DNA from: Bdellovibrionota bacterium FG-1
GTDB taxonomy: Bacteria; Bdellovibrionota; UBA1018
Reading direction: 5' to 3'
Length of the DNA stretch: 64,000 nt
Assembly: GCA_051382295.1 (NCBI GenBank)
Contig: JBBCAW010000003.1
Coordinates: 32,001-96,000, forward strand
Within the stretch, counting starts at the first letter, position 1. Each line of letters opens with the position of its first letter. The position numbers were made by a program, and so were the translations under genes. The notes below the pieces were generated by a model. The model saw nothing but the letters and a program-made list of their open reading frames with translations, was not told the origin of the DNA and did no database searches. Below, piece after piece: positions 1-10,627 of the stretch.

Positions 1-13
1 GTGCGCCGACGAG

Positions 14-2248
14 GTGGTTCCCTTTTTGGGAAGGGCCATAGGAGCGATCGAGGTTCGCGGCAATAAGCGCATCGAAAAAGATGCCATTATGGCCAAGGTT
101 GTAACTCAGGTAGGGCAACCTCTTTCAAGTGAATCAGTTCGCACGGATATTCAGAATTTGTTCGGAATGGGATATTTCGATGACATCGAGGTATCCGGCG
201 AATCACCTGACGCGAGCCACGTTAAGTTGATTTACACGGTGCGTGAGCGCCCTGTGATTTCAAAAATCGAGTTTGACGGTAACGAACGAATCGGAACCAG
301 TGACCTTAAAGATGTCACGAAGGTCAAAGAATACTCTATTCTCGATATTAACAAGGTTCGGGAAGATGTCGCTCTTTTGCAGAAACATTACGAGGACAAA
401 GGTTTTTATCTGGCCAAGGTGAGTTTTGAGGTCAAGCCCGGAAAGTCGGGGGAGGTTGACCTCACTTACAAAATTAATGACTATGATAAGGTTCAGATTA
501 AAAAAATCACTTTTCTGAACAATAAATGGTTTTCGGATGATCAACTCAAATCTATTTTTCAGGAAACCAAGGAAGGCGGGCTGCTTTCCGTTTTAAGCAG
601 TGGCGGCAATTTTAAAGAGTCTTCTTTTAAAATGGACTTGCAACGGTTGACCTATTGGTACCTCGATCACGGGTATATCAAATTTCGGTATGAAAATCCG
701 GTGGTGACTATCAGCGATGATAAGCGCTTTTTATTTGTTTCGATCTACGTAGACGAAGGGCAGCAATACAAGATAGGTAATGTTGATTTTGGCGGAGATC
801 TGCTCTTTAGTAAGGATGAGCTTCATGCTGAGTTGACTCTTAAGTCGGAGGATACCTTTAGTATTTCGCGGCGAAATGCAGACATTCAGCGGCTGACCGA
901 AAAATATCAAGATTTAGGTTACGCTTTTGTCAATGTCATCCCAGATCCTAACCCAGCGTTGGTACATGATGATGTTCACACAATGGATCTGGTCTACAAC
1001 TTTGAAAAAGGTAGCCTCGTTCATTTTGGAGAAATCAACATCACGGGTAACAGTAAGACCCATGACAAAGTGATTCGTCGTGAACTGAAAATCCATGAAG
1101 GCGAACTGTTTCATGGTACCAATCTCAGGATTTCGAAGGAAAACGTCGAGCGGCTGGGTTATTTTGCACCGGGAGAGGTGATTTTTAACCAAATTACCCC
1201 CAAGGGCAAGAATGACGTCGTTAATATCGATATTAGTATTAAAGAGCGTTCGACCGGCACGATCACCTTGGGCGCTGGTTATGGCAGTCAAAGTGGTGTC
1301 TTTTTTACAGGAACCGTTTCTGAGATCAATTTTTTAGGTCGCGGACAAACGCTGAGCCTTTCAGCTCAATATTCGGCTAATACCACCCAGCGAAGCGTTA
1401 ATCTTGGGTTTACTGATCCCTATGCCTTTGACACACGCTGGTCGATGGGCGGGGATATCTTTCGAGTGATTTTCCCGATTCCGCAGACTTATTCGACTCG
1501 AAAAATGGGATTTGATTTTAGAGTCGGTTACCCGCTGGCTGAGTACGTTTATGGATATAGTACCTATAAGTTTGAAGGTCTACAGATGTTTGATGTCTAT
1601 CCAGATGTGCCGCAGGCGCGTGTGGATTCCGACTCGGGTATTTTATCAAGCGTCGTATGGAGTATGATTCGGGATAAGCGCAATAACCGATTTGAGACAA
1701 CGGGTGGTAATTACCAGAGCGTTTCCCTCGAAACAGCCGGCTTAGGGGGCGATAAGCACTTTTTGAAGTCGACGCTGAATAACCGTTTTTATACTCGAGT
1801 CGTCGGTGATTTGGTGTTTAGAACGAGTCAAGAAGTCGGTGGGATGACCTCCTTGTCGGATCGCCCTTTGGCTCCTTCTGAGAAATTTTACCTGGGTGGA
1901 CCCAATAACATGAAGGGCTATCAGCTTTTCATGCTTGGGCCCAAAGCCTTTAAACCCGATGGTCGGCCGACCCCTTTGGGGGGGACTTTTGACGCCTTTG
2001 CTTTGGCGGAGTTAGAGTACCCATTGATTCGCGAAGCGGGCCTCAAATGGGTCACTTTTTTCGATGTAGGAAACTGTTGGGATCGCTTTCCTACGGGCGA
2101 CGATCTTGCCCTTCGTACCGACGCGGGTTTCGGGATTCGTTGGTTTTCACCTATCGGCCCATTGCGGTTTGAGTGGGGATTCCCCTTTAATCGAAGGCCG
2201 GATGAAGACGCGATGGTGTTTTCGTTCTTTATCGGTCCGCCGTTTTGA
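14..2248 (+). CDS. bamA: Outer membrane protein assembly factor BamA (5' end probably outside window)
   Basis: POTRA repeats (IEVRGNKRI, ITGNSKTHDKVIRRE), GGPNNMKGY loop-6 variant, WFSPIGPLRFEWGFP and C-terminal Phe; frame open to the window edge; followed by skp-lpxD. Confidence 0.97.
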   Translation: MVPFLGRAIGAIEVRGNKRIEKDAIMAKVVTQVGQPLSSESVRTDIQNLFGMGYFDDIEVSGESPDASHVKLIYTVRERPVISKIEFDGNERIGTSDLKDVTKVKEYSILDINKVREDVALLQKHYEDKGFYLAKVSFEVKPGKSGEVDLTYKINDYDKVQIKKITFLNNKWFSDDQLKSIFQETKEGGLLSVLSSGGNFKESSFKMDLQRLTYWYLDHGYIKFRYENPVVTISDDKRFLFVSIYVDEGQQYKIGNVDFGGDLLFSKDELHAELTLKSEDTFSISRRNADIQRLTEKYQDLGYAFVNVIPDPNPALVHDDVHTMDLVYNFEKGSLVHFGEINITGNSKTHDKVIRRELKIHEGELFHGTNLRISKENVERLGYFAPGEVIFNQITPKGKNDVVNIDISIKERSTGTITLGAGYGSQSGVFFTGTVSEINFLGRGQTLSLSAQYSANTTQRSVNLGFTDPYAFDTRWSMGGDIFRVIFPIPQTYSTRKMGFDFRVGYPLAEYVYGYSTYKFEGLQMFDVYPDVPQARVDSDSGILSSVVWSMIRDKRNNRFETTGGNYQSVSLETAGLGGDKHFLKSTLNNRFYTRVVGDLVFRTSQEVGGMTSLSDRPLAPSEKFYLGGPNNMKGYQLFMLGPKAFKPDGRPTPLGGTFDAFALAELEYPLIREAGLKWVTFFDVGNCWDRFPTGDDLALRTDAGFGIRWFSPIGPLRFEWGFPFNRRPDEDAMVFSFFIGPPF

Positions 2249-2316
2249 TGGATTGTTTTTTTTAGTTTGAGTCATGATGTAAAATCGTTTTTTATTGAGT
2301 CAAGGGAGGCTTAAAA

Positions 2317-2886
2317 ATGGGAATTGGAATGAATCAATATAAGGTTTTGTCTGTGGTTGTTGTACTGCTTTTGGCCTCGCTTGGCGTGTCTGGGTTTCAC
2401 GCTCAGTTGGCCCGGGCGTCTGAAGAATCGGGAGTGAAGATCGCGACTGTCGACATGCAAAAAGCGTTGCAGTCTGTTGAAGCAGGCAAGAAAGCCAAAT
2501 CGCAGCTCGAAAAAGAGTTCAATACTAAGAAGAAGGCACTTCAGTCTGAGGAAGTTGCTATTAAAAAAATGGGCGAGGAATTCAAGAAGCAGGCTGCTGT
2601 GATGAACGAAGACGCTCGCGCCAAAAAGCAGGCTGAAATTCAAGAACGGATTATGCGTTTTCAGGAAACCACAGGTCGTTCGCAGGCTGAAATTCAGCAA
2701 AAAGAACGGGATCTGACGTCACCGATTATCGTCAAGATGCGTGCGATTATTTCAGAAATGGCAAAACAAAAGGGCTATTCAGTGGTTCTTGAGAAGAACG
2801 AAAATACTGTTTTGTTTTCGCTTGAAAAGGATGACCTCACCAGCGAAGTGGTTTCAATCTACAATAAAAAAGCGGATAAGAGCTGA
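2317..2886 (+). CDS. skp: OmpH/Skp periplasmic chaperone
   Basis: Signal peptide, KIATVDMQKAL start, long coiled coil, KGYSVVLEK...DLTSEV; position between bamA and lpxD. Confidence 0.93.
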   Translation: MGIGMNQYKVLSVVVVLLLASLGVSGFHAQLARASEESGVKIATVDMQKALQSVEAGKKAKSQLEKEFNTKKKALQSEEVAIKKMGEEFKKQAAVMNEDARAKKQAEIQERIMRFQETTGRSQAEIQQKERDLTSPIIVKMRAIISEMAKQKGYSVVLEKNENTVLFSLEKDDLTSEVVSIYNKKADKS

Positions 2887-2888
2887 GG

Positions 2889-4022
2889 GTGGCTGTCGCC
2901 TCGTTTGGCGTTTCGGAAATTTGTCGGTGGATCGGGGGCCGAGTAGTCAACGGCGAGCTGCTTGAGGCGGCCCTTGATTCCATTCGTGTTGAATGTGCCG
3001 GTGCGTTAGGAAAATCACAGCCCAACGAGGTGGCTTTCTTTTTTTCGAAAAACTACCAGCAAGAGTTGCCTTCGGCGCGACCCGGAATTTTGGTTACGGG
3101 TGAGGCCTTTGTTGGGCCCTTGCTCGCTTCCGGCTTACCGTGTTTGAAAACTTCAGTCATTGTGGCCTGTCCTGATCCTTATCTTGGGATGGCGTTAATT
3201 TCTGAGAAGTTGGCACGAGGTCTTTCGACGGTCGCCCATCTGGTGGCGGATGCGCTTGATCGAAAGGGGCCACCCGAAGTTCATCCTAGTGCGGTGGTGG
3301 ACTCGAGCGCGGAGCTGGGGCTTGGTGTGAAGGTTGGCGCGCATTCGGTGATCGAAGCGGGGGCTCGCATTGGAGCCGGTTCAGTTATTTATCCAGGATG
3401 TTTTGTCGGGCCCAAGTGTTTGGTGGGTGAATGTTGTGTTTTTTTCCCGAACGTCGTTATTTACGAAGGGAGCCTGATCGGGAACCGGGTGCGAATTCAT
3501 GCGAATTCGACGGTCGGGTCCGATGGCTTTGGCTATGCCGTTCAGGTGGAAAAAACTGTCCAAGGCATTCGGCCGCTTAAGCATCACAAAATCTATCATC
3601 TCGGAAAAGTGGTCATCGGTGATGATGTCGAAATCGGAGCCAATTCCTGCATTGATCGTGGAACCCTATCGGACACGCGGATCGAGCGAGGGGCTAAGAT
3701 CGATAACCAGGTGCATCTGGGACATAATTCGTTTATCGACGAGGGGGCTATTTTGTGTGGAGCGGTCACCTTGGCCGGCCACGCAAGTGTGGGTAAGTTT
3801 GCCTACGTTGGCGGACTGACCGGGGTGACTAATCAGGTTCACATTGGGGATGGGGCCAAAGTAGCGGCGATGACGTTAGTTTCTAAGGATATAGCACCGG
3901 GCCAAACAGCGGTGGGAAATCCCCAGCGTGCTCATCGGGAGCATTTCAGAGTTCATGCCTGGTTGAATAAATTAGCGCTCAAGGGGACGCGTCGGTCCAA
4001 AGAGAGTGAAGACCAAAAATGA
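2889..4022 (+). CDS. lpxD: UDP-3-O-acylglucosamine N-acyltransferase LpxD
   Basis: Hexapeptide repeats, GSDGFGY, IGDDVEIGANSCIDRG, KIDNQVHLGHN. Confidence 0.96.
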   Translation: MAVASFGVSEICRWIGGRVVNGELLEAALDSIRVECAGALGKSQPNEVAFFFSKNYQQELPSARPGILVTGEAFVGPLLASGLPCLKTSVIVACPDPYLGMALISEKLARGLSTVAHLVADALDRKGPPEVHPSAVVDSSAELGLGVKVGAHSVIEAGARIGAGSVIYPGCFVGPKCLVGECCVFFPNVVIYEGSLIGNRVRIHANSTVGSDGFGYAVQVEKTVQGIRPLKHHKIYHLGKVVIGDDVEIGANSCIDRGTLSDTRIERGAKIDNQVHLGHNSFIDEGAILCGAVTLAGHASVGKFAYVGGLTGVTNQVHIGDGAKVAAMTLVSKDIAPGQTAVGNPQRAHREHFRVHAWLNKLALKGTRRSKESEDQK

Positions 4023-4552
4023 CCGAAAATCCGTATTTTTTGACTATTGAGCAAATCCAGAGATTTCTTCCCCATCGGCCCCCTTTTTTATTGGTGGATC
4101 GAATTTTGGGCATTCATCCCACGGGCGATGTGTCAGATATGTCCTCTAAAGGTAAGGTGGGGACTCGGGTCGTGGGGCTCAAGGCGGTTTCTTTTAATGA
4201 ATCCTATTTTCAGGGGCATTTTCCTGGGCACGCTATTTTGCCTGGGGTTTTGCTCTTGGAGACCATGGCTCAAATTTCAAGTTTTTCGTTGTATCCCTAT
4301 CTGAGTAGGCAACCAGACGGGATTGAGACACTCGCCAAGAATTTTCAATGTGTTTTTGTGGGCGTGGATTCGGCGCGGTTTCGCCGTCCGGTCGTTCCGG
4401 GTGATCTTCTGAAGATTGAAACGACTGTGACAAAAACGCGTGGGCGCCTTTGGGTGTTCGAGTGCCATGCTACGGTGGATGGCCAAAGGGTGGCTGAGGC
4501 GGATATTATGGCCAATTTGATTGCCAATTCTGATTTGGAGGGTTCCAAGTGA
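4019..4552 (+). CDS. fabZ: 3-hydroxyacyl-ACP dehydratase FabZ
   Basis: LPHRPPFLLVDRI, FQGHFPG, PGVLLLETMAQ, RFRRPVVPGD. Confidence 0.96.
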   Translation: MTENPYFLTIEQIQRFLPHRPPFLLVDRILGIHPTGDVSDMSSKGKVGTRVVGLKAVSFNESYFQGHFPGHAILPGVLLLETMAQISSFSLYPYLSRQPDGIETLAKNFQCVFVGVDSARFRRPVVPGDLLKIETTVTKTRGRLWVFECHATVDGQRVAEADIMANLIANSDLEGSK

Positions 4553-5322
4553 TTCATCCGACGGCGTTTGTGGACAAAAAGGCTGAGTTGGATTCATCCG
4601 TAGAGGTGGGACCTTTTTGTACCATTGGCCCTCATGTCCGGATCGGTAAAGGGACGCGGCTCGTAAGTCATGTGGTCTTGGATGGGTGGACTGAAATTGG
4701 GCCGGACAATACTATTTTCCCCTTTGCCGTTTTAGGGGCGGTTCCGCAAGATCTTAAATATCGAGGCGAACCCACTCAGTTGGTCATCGGAAGTCGCAAT
4801 GTCATTCGCGAATCCGTGACTATGAATTTGGGAACTGTCGGAGGTGGTGGTCTTACAAAATTGGGCGATGATAACTTGATCATGGCCTATACTCATTTTG
4901 GTCATGACTGCATCGTAGGTAATCATTGCATCGTCGCGAATTACGCAGGTTTAGCGGGTCATGTTATTTTGGGTGATTATGTCACGATTGCGGGCCAAGT
5001 CGGTATTTCGCCTTTTGTGAATATTGGCGATCACGCTTATGTGACCGGGCAAACCGGGGTCGAAAAAGATGTTACGCCTTTCACGATTGTGATGGGGCAG
5101 CGACCGGCCTCGGTTAAGGGGTGTAACATCGTCGGATTGCGCCGAAGGGGTTATTCGGCGGAGATTATTCAAAAGATTAACGAATCGATTAAGCTTTGGC
5201 AGCGTCCAGATGTTCAAAAAGAACAATGCTTACTCGAAATAGAGTCTCAGTACGGTGAGTACAAAGAAATTCATCAATTTGTCTCGTTTATTCGAAAAAG
5301 CGAGATTGGGGTGACTCGGTAA
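4549..5322 (+). CDS. lpxA: Acyl-ACP--UDP-N-acetylglucosamine O-acyltransferase LpxA
   Basis: IHPTA start, PQDLKYRGE, MAYTHFGHDC, NIVGLRRRGY. Confidence 0.96.
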   Translation: MIHPTAFVDKKAELDSSVEVGPFCTIGPHVRIGKGTRLVSHVVLDGWTEIGPDNTIFPFAVLGAVPQDLKYRGEPTQLVIGSRNVIRESVTMNLGTVGGGGLTKLGDDNLIMAYTHFGHDCIVGNHCIVANYAGLAGHVILGDYVTIAGQVGISPFVNIGDHAYVTGQTGVEKDVTPFTIVMGQRPASVKGCNIVGLRRRGYSAEIIQKINESIKLWQRPDVQKEQCLLEIESQYGEYKEIHQFVSFIRKSEIGVTR

Positions 5323-5330
5323 TCATCCAG

Positions 5331-6560
5331 GTGACGAAAGTTCTTATTTCAGCCGCAGAAACATCTTCAGACGCGCATGGGGCGGAGTTACTTCGGGCTC
5401 TTAAGATTCTGGATCCGACGGTCGAGGCCTTTGGAGTGGGGGGGCCTCGACTTCAAGGGGTGGGCTTGCGGACGTGGGTTGATGCACGTGAACTTTTGGC
5501 GATGGGGTTTTTTGAAATTTTTAGTCGATTGCCCCGTATTTTGCGGGCGCTAAAAAAAGTAGGAAAATTAGCCGCTATTGAAAAACCCGATGTTGCCGTG
5601 GTGATTGATTATCCTGATTTTCATTTTAGATTGGCGCGCCGACTGAGGACGCTTGGAATTCCCGTGGTCTACTATATTCCACCTAAGGTTTGGGTTTGGC
5701 GTAAAAACCGGATCAGGATTCTAAAGGAGCAGTTTGCTAAGGTCTTAAGTATTCTGCCTTTTGAGGTCGAATTTTATCAGCGCGAAAAGGTACCGGTTTG
5801 TTATGTGGGCAATCCTTTGGTGGATGAACTTCCGCTTGAAATGACGCGTGAGCAGGCGCGAAACCGTTTGGATCTTTCGTTACAGAAACAAGCTCTAGTC
5901 GTCATGCCCGGAAGTCGTCCCTCGGAAATTAGACGTCATCTGGGTTTGATGCTCGATGCGGCGAAGCAGGCGGCTGTTCAGCTTCGGGTTCGACAGAAAC
6001 TGAAGCCCGACGAACGCCTGGTGGTGTTGATGCCGTTTCCGGTGACCTCGGATATCGAAACGGTTCGAGCTCAAGCGGATGAATGGGTCAAGAAACAAAA
6101 GGACGCAGATCTTTTATTGGATTTGCGGGTTTCACAGGGAGACGCGCACGAGTGTTTAGTGGCTGCAGACGCGGGTTTAATTAAGTCGGGCACCTCAACG
6201 CTGGAAGCTGCACTTCTGAAGTGTCCTCATGTGATTGTTTACAAGCCCAACTGGGTGACTGAGTTCATTTATCGTCACTGGATTCGTTATCCCGGTCCGG
6301 TGGGGCTTTCTAACTTGATTGCGGGGTGGTCCCCTGAAAATCCTTTTCTCATCACCGAGCTGCTTTGTTCGGACGCCACGGTTGAAGCTTTGGCGGTTGA
6401 GGCTTTGGGTCTTTTGTTAGATCCAGAAAAAAAACAACGTCAGCTCGACGGGTTTTCGGCTATTCGGGAGAAAATTCTACCCGCTGGCGGCGAAAGTCCG
6501 AGTGCAATGGCGGCGCGTGAGGTGTTGGGGGTTGCGCGGGCCGGATCAAAGCCATGCTGA
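5331..6560 (+). CDS. lpxB: Lipid-A-disaccharide synthase LpxB
   Basis: IDYPDFH, YYIPPKVWVWR, ILPFE, YVGNPL, PGSRPSE, SGTSTLE. Confidence 0.96.
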   Translation: MTKVLISAAETSSDAHGAELLRALKILDPTVEAFGVGGPRLQGVGLRTWVDARELLAMGFFEIFSRLPRILRALKKVGKLAAIEKPDVAVVIDYPDFHFRLARRLRTLGIPVVYYIPPKVWVWRKNRIRILKEQFAKVLSILPFEVEFYQREKVPVCYVGNPLVDELPLEMTREQARNRLDLSLQKQALVVMPGSRPSEIRRHLGLMLDAAKQAAVQLRVRQKLKPDERLVVLMPFPVTSDIETVRAQADEWVKKQKDADLLLDLRVSQGDAHECLVAADAGLIKSGTSTLEAALLKCPHVIVYKPNWVTEFIYRHWIRYPGPVGLSNLIAGWSPENPFLITELLCSDATVEALAVEALGLLLDPEKKQRQLDGFSAIREKILPAGGESPSAMAAREVLGVARAGSKPC

Positions 6561-7501
6561 AGGGGTTGGTTTCGGCCATTTGGTCCAGTGTGTCGGCTGG
6601 AATGAGGTGGGCTATTCGACATGGCTGGGTAAAACAAGCCCAGCTCCCAGTGAGGGTGATTAGCGTCGGAAATATTCAGGCCGGAGGCGCAGGGAAAACA
6701 CCGCTCGTGGCTGAAATCGCCCGGCAGGCCGAAGCGCGAGGCTTGAAGGTTTGTATTCTTTCGCGCGGATATGGCGGGGAGTGGGAGCGGTCGGGAGGGG
6801 TGATCTTGCCACGGGACGGTCAGGCCGATTTGCCGAGAGCCTCCCAGTGTGGAGATGAGCCAGCCTTGCTTCATGATCTTGTTCCAGGTGCCGTGATAGG
6901 TGTGGGCGCGGATCGGATTCGTCAGTTTGAGCAGGTTCAGGCGAAGTGGGGTCAACCTGATTTAGTACTTCTGGACGATGGGTTTCAGCACTGGAAAATA
7001 AAAAAAGATCTCGAAATCGTCGCGGTGACATCGGCAAAACGGACTGAGGTTTTTTTTCGCGACTGGAGCAGTGCGCTTCGGGATGCCGATTTATTGGTTT
7101 GGACGAAAGGTGAGACGCGTCCAAAGACGCGCCCTGAGGGGGGGGAGCAGGTGAGAGTGCGATACCGAATCGGTCCACCCTCTTCGCGCCAGGAGCAGTT
7201 TTGGTTGGTGACTGGGGTGGCCGATGGTCCATCAGTCGAAGTGTTGGTTCGAGCGGCTGGATTTAATTTGATTCGGCACATTTCGTTTCCGGATCATGCG
7301 CGCTACGCTAAGATAGAAGTCAAAGCCATCATAGACGCAGCAGAGAGAGCAGGGGCTCGCGTATTGGTTACGGGGAAGGATTGGGTCAAGTGGCGAGATC
7401 TTCTGGAGGCGCCAACGTCTTTGCGAGTCCAGGTCCTTGAACCCGAATTGGAATGGTTGGAGGGCAGGGACGCTTGGAATCACCAGTTGTGGGAACGTTA
7501 G
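6554..7501 (+). CDS. lpxK: Tetraacyldisaccharide 4'-kinase LpxK
   Basis: VISVGNIQAGGAGKTP, LSRGYGG, GDEP, LDDGFQH, FPDH. Confidence 0.95.
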   Translation: MLKGLVSAIWSSVSAGMRWAIRHGWVKQAQLPVRVISVGNIQAGGAGKTPLVAEIARQAEARGLKVCILSRGYGGEWERSGGVILPRDGQADLPRASQCGDEPALLHDLVPGAVIGVGADRIRQFEQVQAKWGQPDLVLLDDGFQHWKIKKDLEIVAVTSAKRTEVFFRDWSSALRDADLLVWTKGETRPKTRPEGGEQVRVRYRIGPPSSRQEQFWLVTGVADGPSVEVLVRAAGFNLIRHISFPDHARYAKIEVKAIIDAAERAGARVLVTGKDWVKWRDLLEAPTSLRVQVLEPELEWLEGRDAWNHQLWER

Positions 7502-8430
7502 TTTTATTCTTTTTACGGGCAATCGCGTGGTTTTACTATTTTCAGCCGCGCCAGCTCAAACGACTTTTTGGGCGAGCCTTGGGAAGTTTGCTGAGGCGAC
7601 TCTCCATTCGGGCAAAGATTGTTGAACAGAATCTCCTGTATGCTTTTCCAGACTCGGCACAAAAAAGGGAAGAGCTGTTTCGAGAGTCCTATGTTCATTT
7701 CGGAAATTTGATTTTTGAGGTCTTGCTGCTTTTGGGCCCGATGAAGCGGTTTATTCAAAAGAATGCCGATTTGAGCGGGATTGAGTATTGGCGCGACGCA
7801 AAAAAGCAGGGTAAGGGGGTCATTTTTTTGGCCAGTCACCTAGGTAATTGGGAGGTGATGGCAGCTGCGGGGGCTTTTTTGGGGGGAATAGACCTCTTGA
7901 TGGTGACCAAGCACCTCAAGCCCGAATGGCTTCATCAGGCGATCGAATCCGGCCGTCGAAAACTTGGCGTTGAGGCGACCTATGAGCCTCGGACGCTGAA
8001 GGATGTTCTGAGGCACCTGAAGCGCAACGGGACGATTGGGTTCGTGCTCGATCAATACGCGGGTCCGCCGGTTGGGGTACGCGTGCCGGTGTTTGGGATT
8101 CCCGTCGGTACTTCCACAGCCATAGCAGCACTGGCAAAGCGGACGGGCGCGGTCGTACTTTCGGTGGTCAACTATCGAAGTTTAGATGGACGTTGGAAGG
8201 TCGAGATTGGGCCACCCGTTGAGTGGCAACAGGTTGATCGCCCCCAGCAGGGGGGAATCGCTGAGAATTCGACCTACGAATTGGCGTTAAACACGGCTTC
8301 GTATTCGGCTCGTTTGGAAAAGGATATCTATACTCACCCCGGCCAGTGGCTTTGGACTCATCGGCGTTTTAAAGGGGATTTGCAGCCCCTTCGTCCGGGC
8401 GAATGGTATGAGGGGCGAGCTCGTGCGTGA
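7453..8430 (+). CDS. Lipid A secondary acyltransferase (HtrB/LpxL family); start uncertain
   Basis: HLGNWE, GFVLDQ, PGQWLWTHRRFK motifs; lies in the lipid A operon. Confidence 0.92.
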   Translation: MVGGQGRLESPVVGTLVLFFLRAIAWFYYFQPRQLKRLFGRALGSLLRRLSIRAKIVEQNLLYAFPDSAQKREELFRESYVHFGNLIFEVLLLLGPMKRFIQKNADLSGIEYWRDAKKQGKGVIFLASHLGNWEVMAAAGAFLGGIDLLMVTKHLKPEWLHQAIESGRRKLGVEATYEPRTLKDVLRHLKRNGTIGFVLDQYAGPPVGVRVPVFGIPVGTSTAIAALAKRTGAVVLSVVNYRSLDGRWKVEIGPPVEWQQVDRPQQGGIAENSTYELALNTASYSARLEKDIYTHPGQWLWTHRRFKGDLQPLRPGEWYEGRARA

Positions 8431-8480
8431 TTTACTCTGAAAACCTTGCGCAGAGCTTCCTGATCTCATAATCTAAGTGA

Positions 8481-9533
8481 ATGATTCTTCAGTTCTTCCC
8501 AAGGGTGGGACGGCCTTTTGTGGTGGCGTGCATTTTGGCCGGCGTGGCTGCGGGTTGTGCGCAGGGTACTCTGGGACGGGTGTCTGAAACCGACGATCTT
8601 CCGAAGGATCTATCGAAGGATCTTCAGGACAAATTTCATGTTACCGAAATCGTGGGTGCGGCCACGCCTGGGCCGGTTCCATCTGCAACGCCTGAGGTTT
8701 ATCAAGAACCTAAGGTCGTCAAAAAAAAACACAAAACTTCAAAAAAAACACCGTTGGCCCATGTTTCGCCCGCTCCCTCCGTCGCGGTGACGGTGCCTTT
8801 TGCATTTCCGAACCGTCGTCCCCCCATTGATCCTCTCTGGGTGGGTGAAAAAGCGACCTATGATATTACTTATTTTGGGATGTCGGCGGGGGATTTCACG
8901 CTGGAGCTTTTGCCTTATAAGGCAATCGATGGAAGGAAAGTTTACCACGTCCGTGGCAATGCGGTGAGTTCGAAGGTTTTTAGCCTGCTTTATCGTCTGA
9001 ATGACATGGTGGAGACGTTTATTGATTTTGATGGCTTATTTTCCCATCGTTTTCATATTGTTTTAGATGAAACCAAACAGGCTCGTGATTCGTTAGAGCT
9101 TTATGATGCCCAAAAGAAGCAAACCTTTTATTGGAATCGTTGGAACCATAAAGCTCGAGGTTACTCCGAAACCAAAGAATTTTCGCCGATTGAGCCTTTT
9201 TCGCAGGATAGTCTTTCCGCCCTTTACTATCTGCGCACGCTCCCTTTGGTCGATGGAGGCGTCTATAGTGTTCCCGTTGTTTCCGAGGGAAAAAGTTGGG
9301 AAGCGGTGGTGACCGTAGTTCGTCGCGAAGAAATGCGGACGCCTATGGGACGAGTTCAGTGCATTGTATTAAAACCCGAGACTAAGTATCAAGGAATGCT
9401 CAAAAAACAGGGTGATAGCTATCTGTGGCTGACTGATGATGATCGCCGGGTGGCGGTTCGCTTGGAAGCTAAAGTGCGAATTGGGACTGTCGTATCTAAT
9501 CTGAGGAAATATGAGCCAGGGACGCCCCCGTGA
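8481..9533 (+). CDS. DUF3108-family lipoprotein
   Basis: Lipobox AAGC, GEKATYDITYFG, QDSLSALYYLR, LWLTDDDRR. Confidence 0.75.
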   Translation: MILQFFPRVGRPFVVACILAGVAAGCAQGTLGRVSETDDLPKDLSKDLQDKFHVTEIVGAATPGPVPSATPEVYQEPKVVKKKHKTSKKTPLAHVSPAPSVAVTVPFAFPNRRPPIDPLWVGEKATYDITYFGMSAGDFTLELLPYKAIDGRKVYHVRGNAVSSKVFSLLYRLNDMVETFIDFDGLFSHRFHIVLDETKQARDSLELYDAQKKQTFYWNRWNHKARGYSETKEFSPIEPFSQDSLSALYYLRTLPLVDGGVYSVPVVSEGKSWEAVVTVVRREEMRTPMGRVQCIVLKPETKYQGMLKKQGDSYLWLTDDDRRVAVRLEAKVRIGTVVSNLRKYEPGTPP

Positions 9534-10627
9534 AAAAGACGATCCTGGTTCGTGCCCCCAATTGGATTGGCGATCAGGTGCTGACGTATCCTTTTTTTTA
9601 TTATCTGCGAAAAGCCAATCCTCAGGCCCGCATTGTGGTCGCTTGTGTTGCTTGGGTGGAGGCGATTCAATTTCGTGATTTGGTCGATGACGTTTATGTG
9701 TTGCCACGGTCGATAGGAACGGGTCTCCGGGCACGTTTCGAGGCCGTTGCAGCTGCGGCACGGGAGCTTCGAGCGGAGGTTGCAGGACGAGGAGAGTGGG
9801 ACGAAGCTTATTGTCTTCCTCATTCGTTATCGGCGGCCTGGTTGGTTTTTCGGGCCGGTGCCAAGATCCGGCGCGGCTACGGGACTGACGCTCGAGGAGT
9901 GCTTTTGAAACCCGCAATATCTTGGGAGAAACGAAAATCCACTCATCGCGCCGAGGATTATGTGGGTTTGCTGCCCCCTGAGGCCCAGCCTACTGGGCTG
10001 CCGGTTCGGGGGTTTTGGGGTGTGCCGCCTGAGAATGAATTGGATCCCGGCAGTCGCGGCGAAATGGAGCGGTTCGATGCGCTGGTGGCTTGGCCGGGTG
10101 CGGAGCCGCTTGATCCGCCGTCTGGAGAGTATTGGATTATGGCACCCGGTAGTCAGGCGCCTAGCCGAAGGTGGCCGCTTTCACAATTTGCGGAATTGGC
10201 GAGGCAGGTTTTTTTTTCGACCGGATGGCGAGGCGTGATTGTAGGGGGGCCTGGTGAGGCACCTCTCGCTCGTGAATTGGTTTCAGATCGTTCGTTGGGG
10301 CTATTGGACATGACCGCGCTCGGCAGCGTTGCATCGAATTGGCGATTGTTTGCTGGGGCACGCTTTACGGTGACCAATGATTCGGGGCTCGCTCATGTGG
10401 CCGCCTTGTGCGGCTCTCCTACTCAGGTGGTTTGGGGGGCGGGCGATCCCAAGCGGACTGAACCTCTTGGACCCGGAAAAGTGCGCATTTTGTTTAATCC
10501 CGTGGAATGCTGGCCCTGCGAGCGAAATCAATGCGCGTTGTCTGCTGCCCGTCAGATCGAATGCCTACGAGGCATTCAAGCATCTCAAGTATGGAAGGAG
10601 ATCCAGAGTGGCCTTCGACCTCGGTGA
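9530..10627 (+). CDS. waaF: LPS heptosyltransferase II-like (GT9, WaaF family)
   Basis: ILVRAPNWIGD, RRWP, VTNDSGLAHVAA, C-terminal CxPC...C. Confidence 0.88.
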   Translation: MKKTILVRAPNWIGDQVLTYPFFYYLRKANPQARIVVACVAWVEAIQFRDLVDDVYVLPRSIGTGLRARFEAVAAAARELRAEVAGRGEWDEAYCLPHSLSAAWLVFRAGAKIRRGYGTDARGVLLKPAISWEKRKSTHRAEDYVGLLPPEAQPTGLPVRGFWGVPPENELDPGSRGEMERFDALVAWPGAEPLDPPSGEYWIMAPGSQAPSRRWPLSQFAELARQVFFSTGWRGVIVGGPGEAPLARELVSDRSLGLLDMTALGSVASNWRLFAGARFTVTNDSGLAHVAALCGSPTQVVWGAGDPKRTEPLGPGKVRILFNPVECWPCERNQCALSAARQIECLRGIQASQVWKEIQSGLRPR

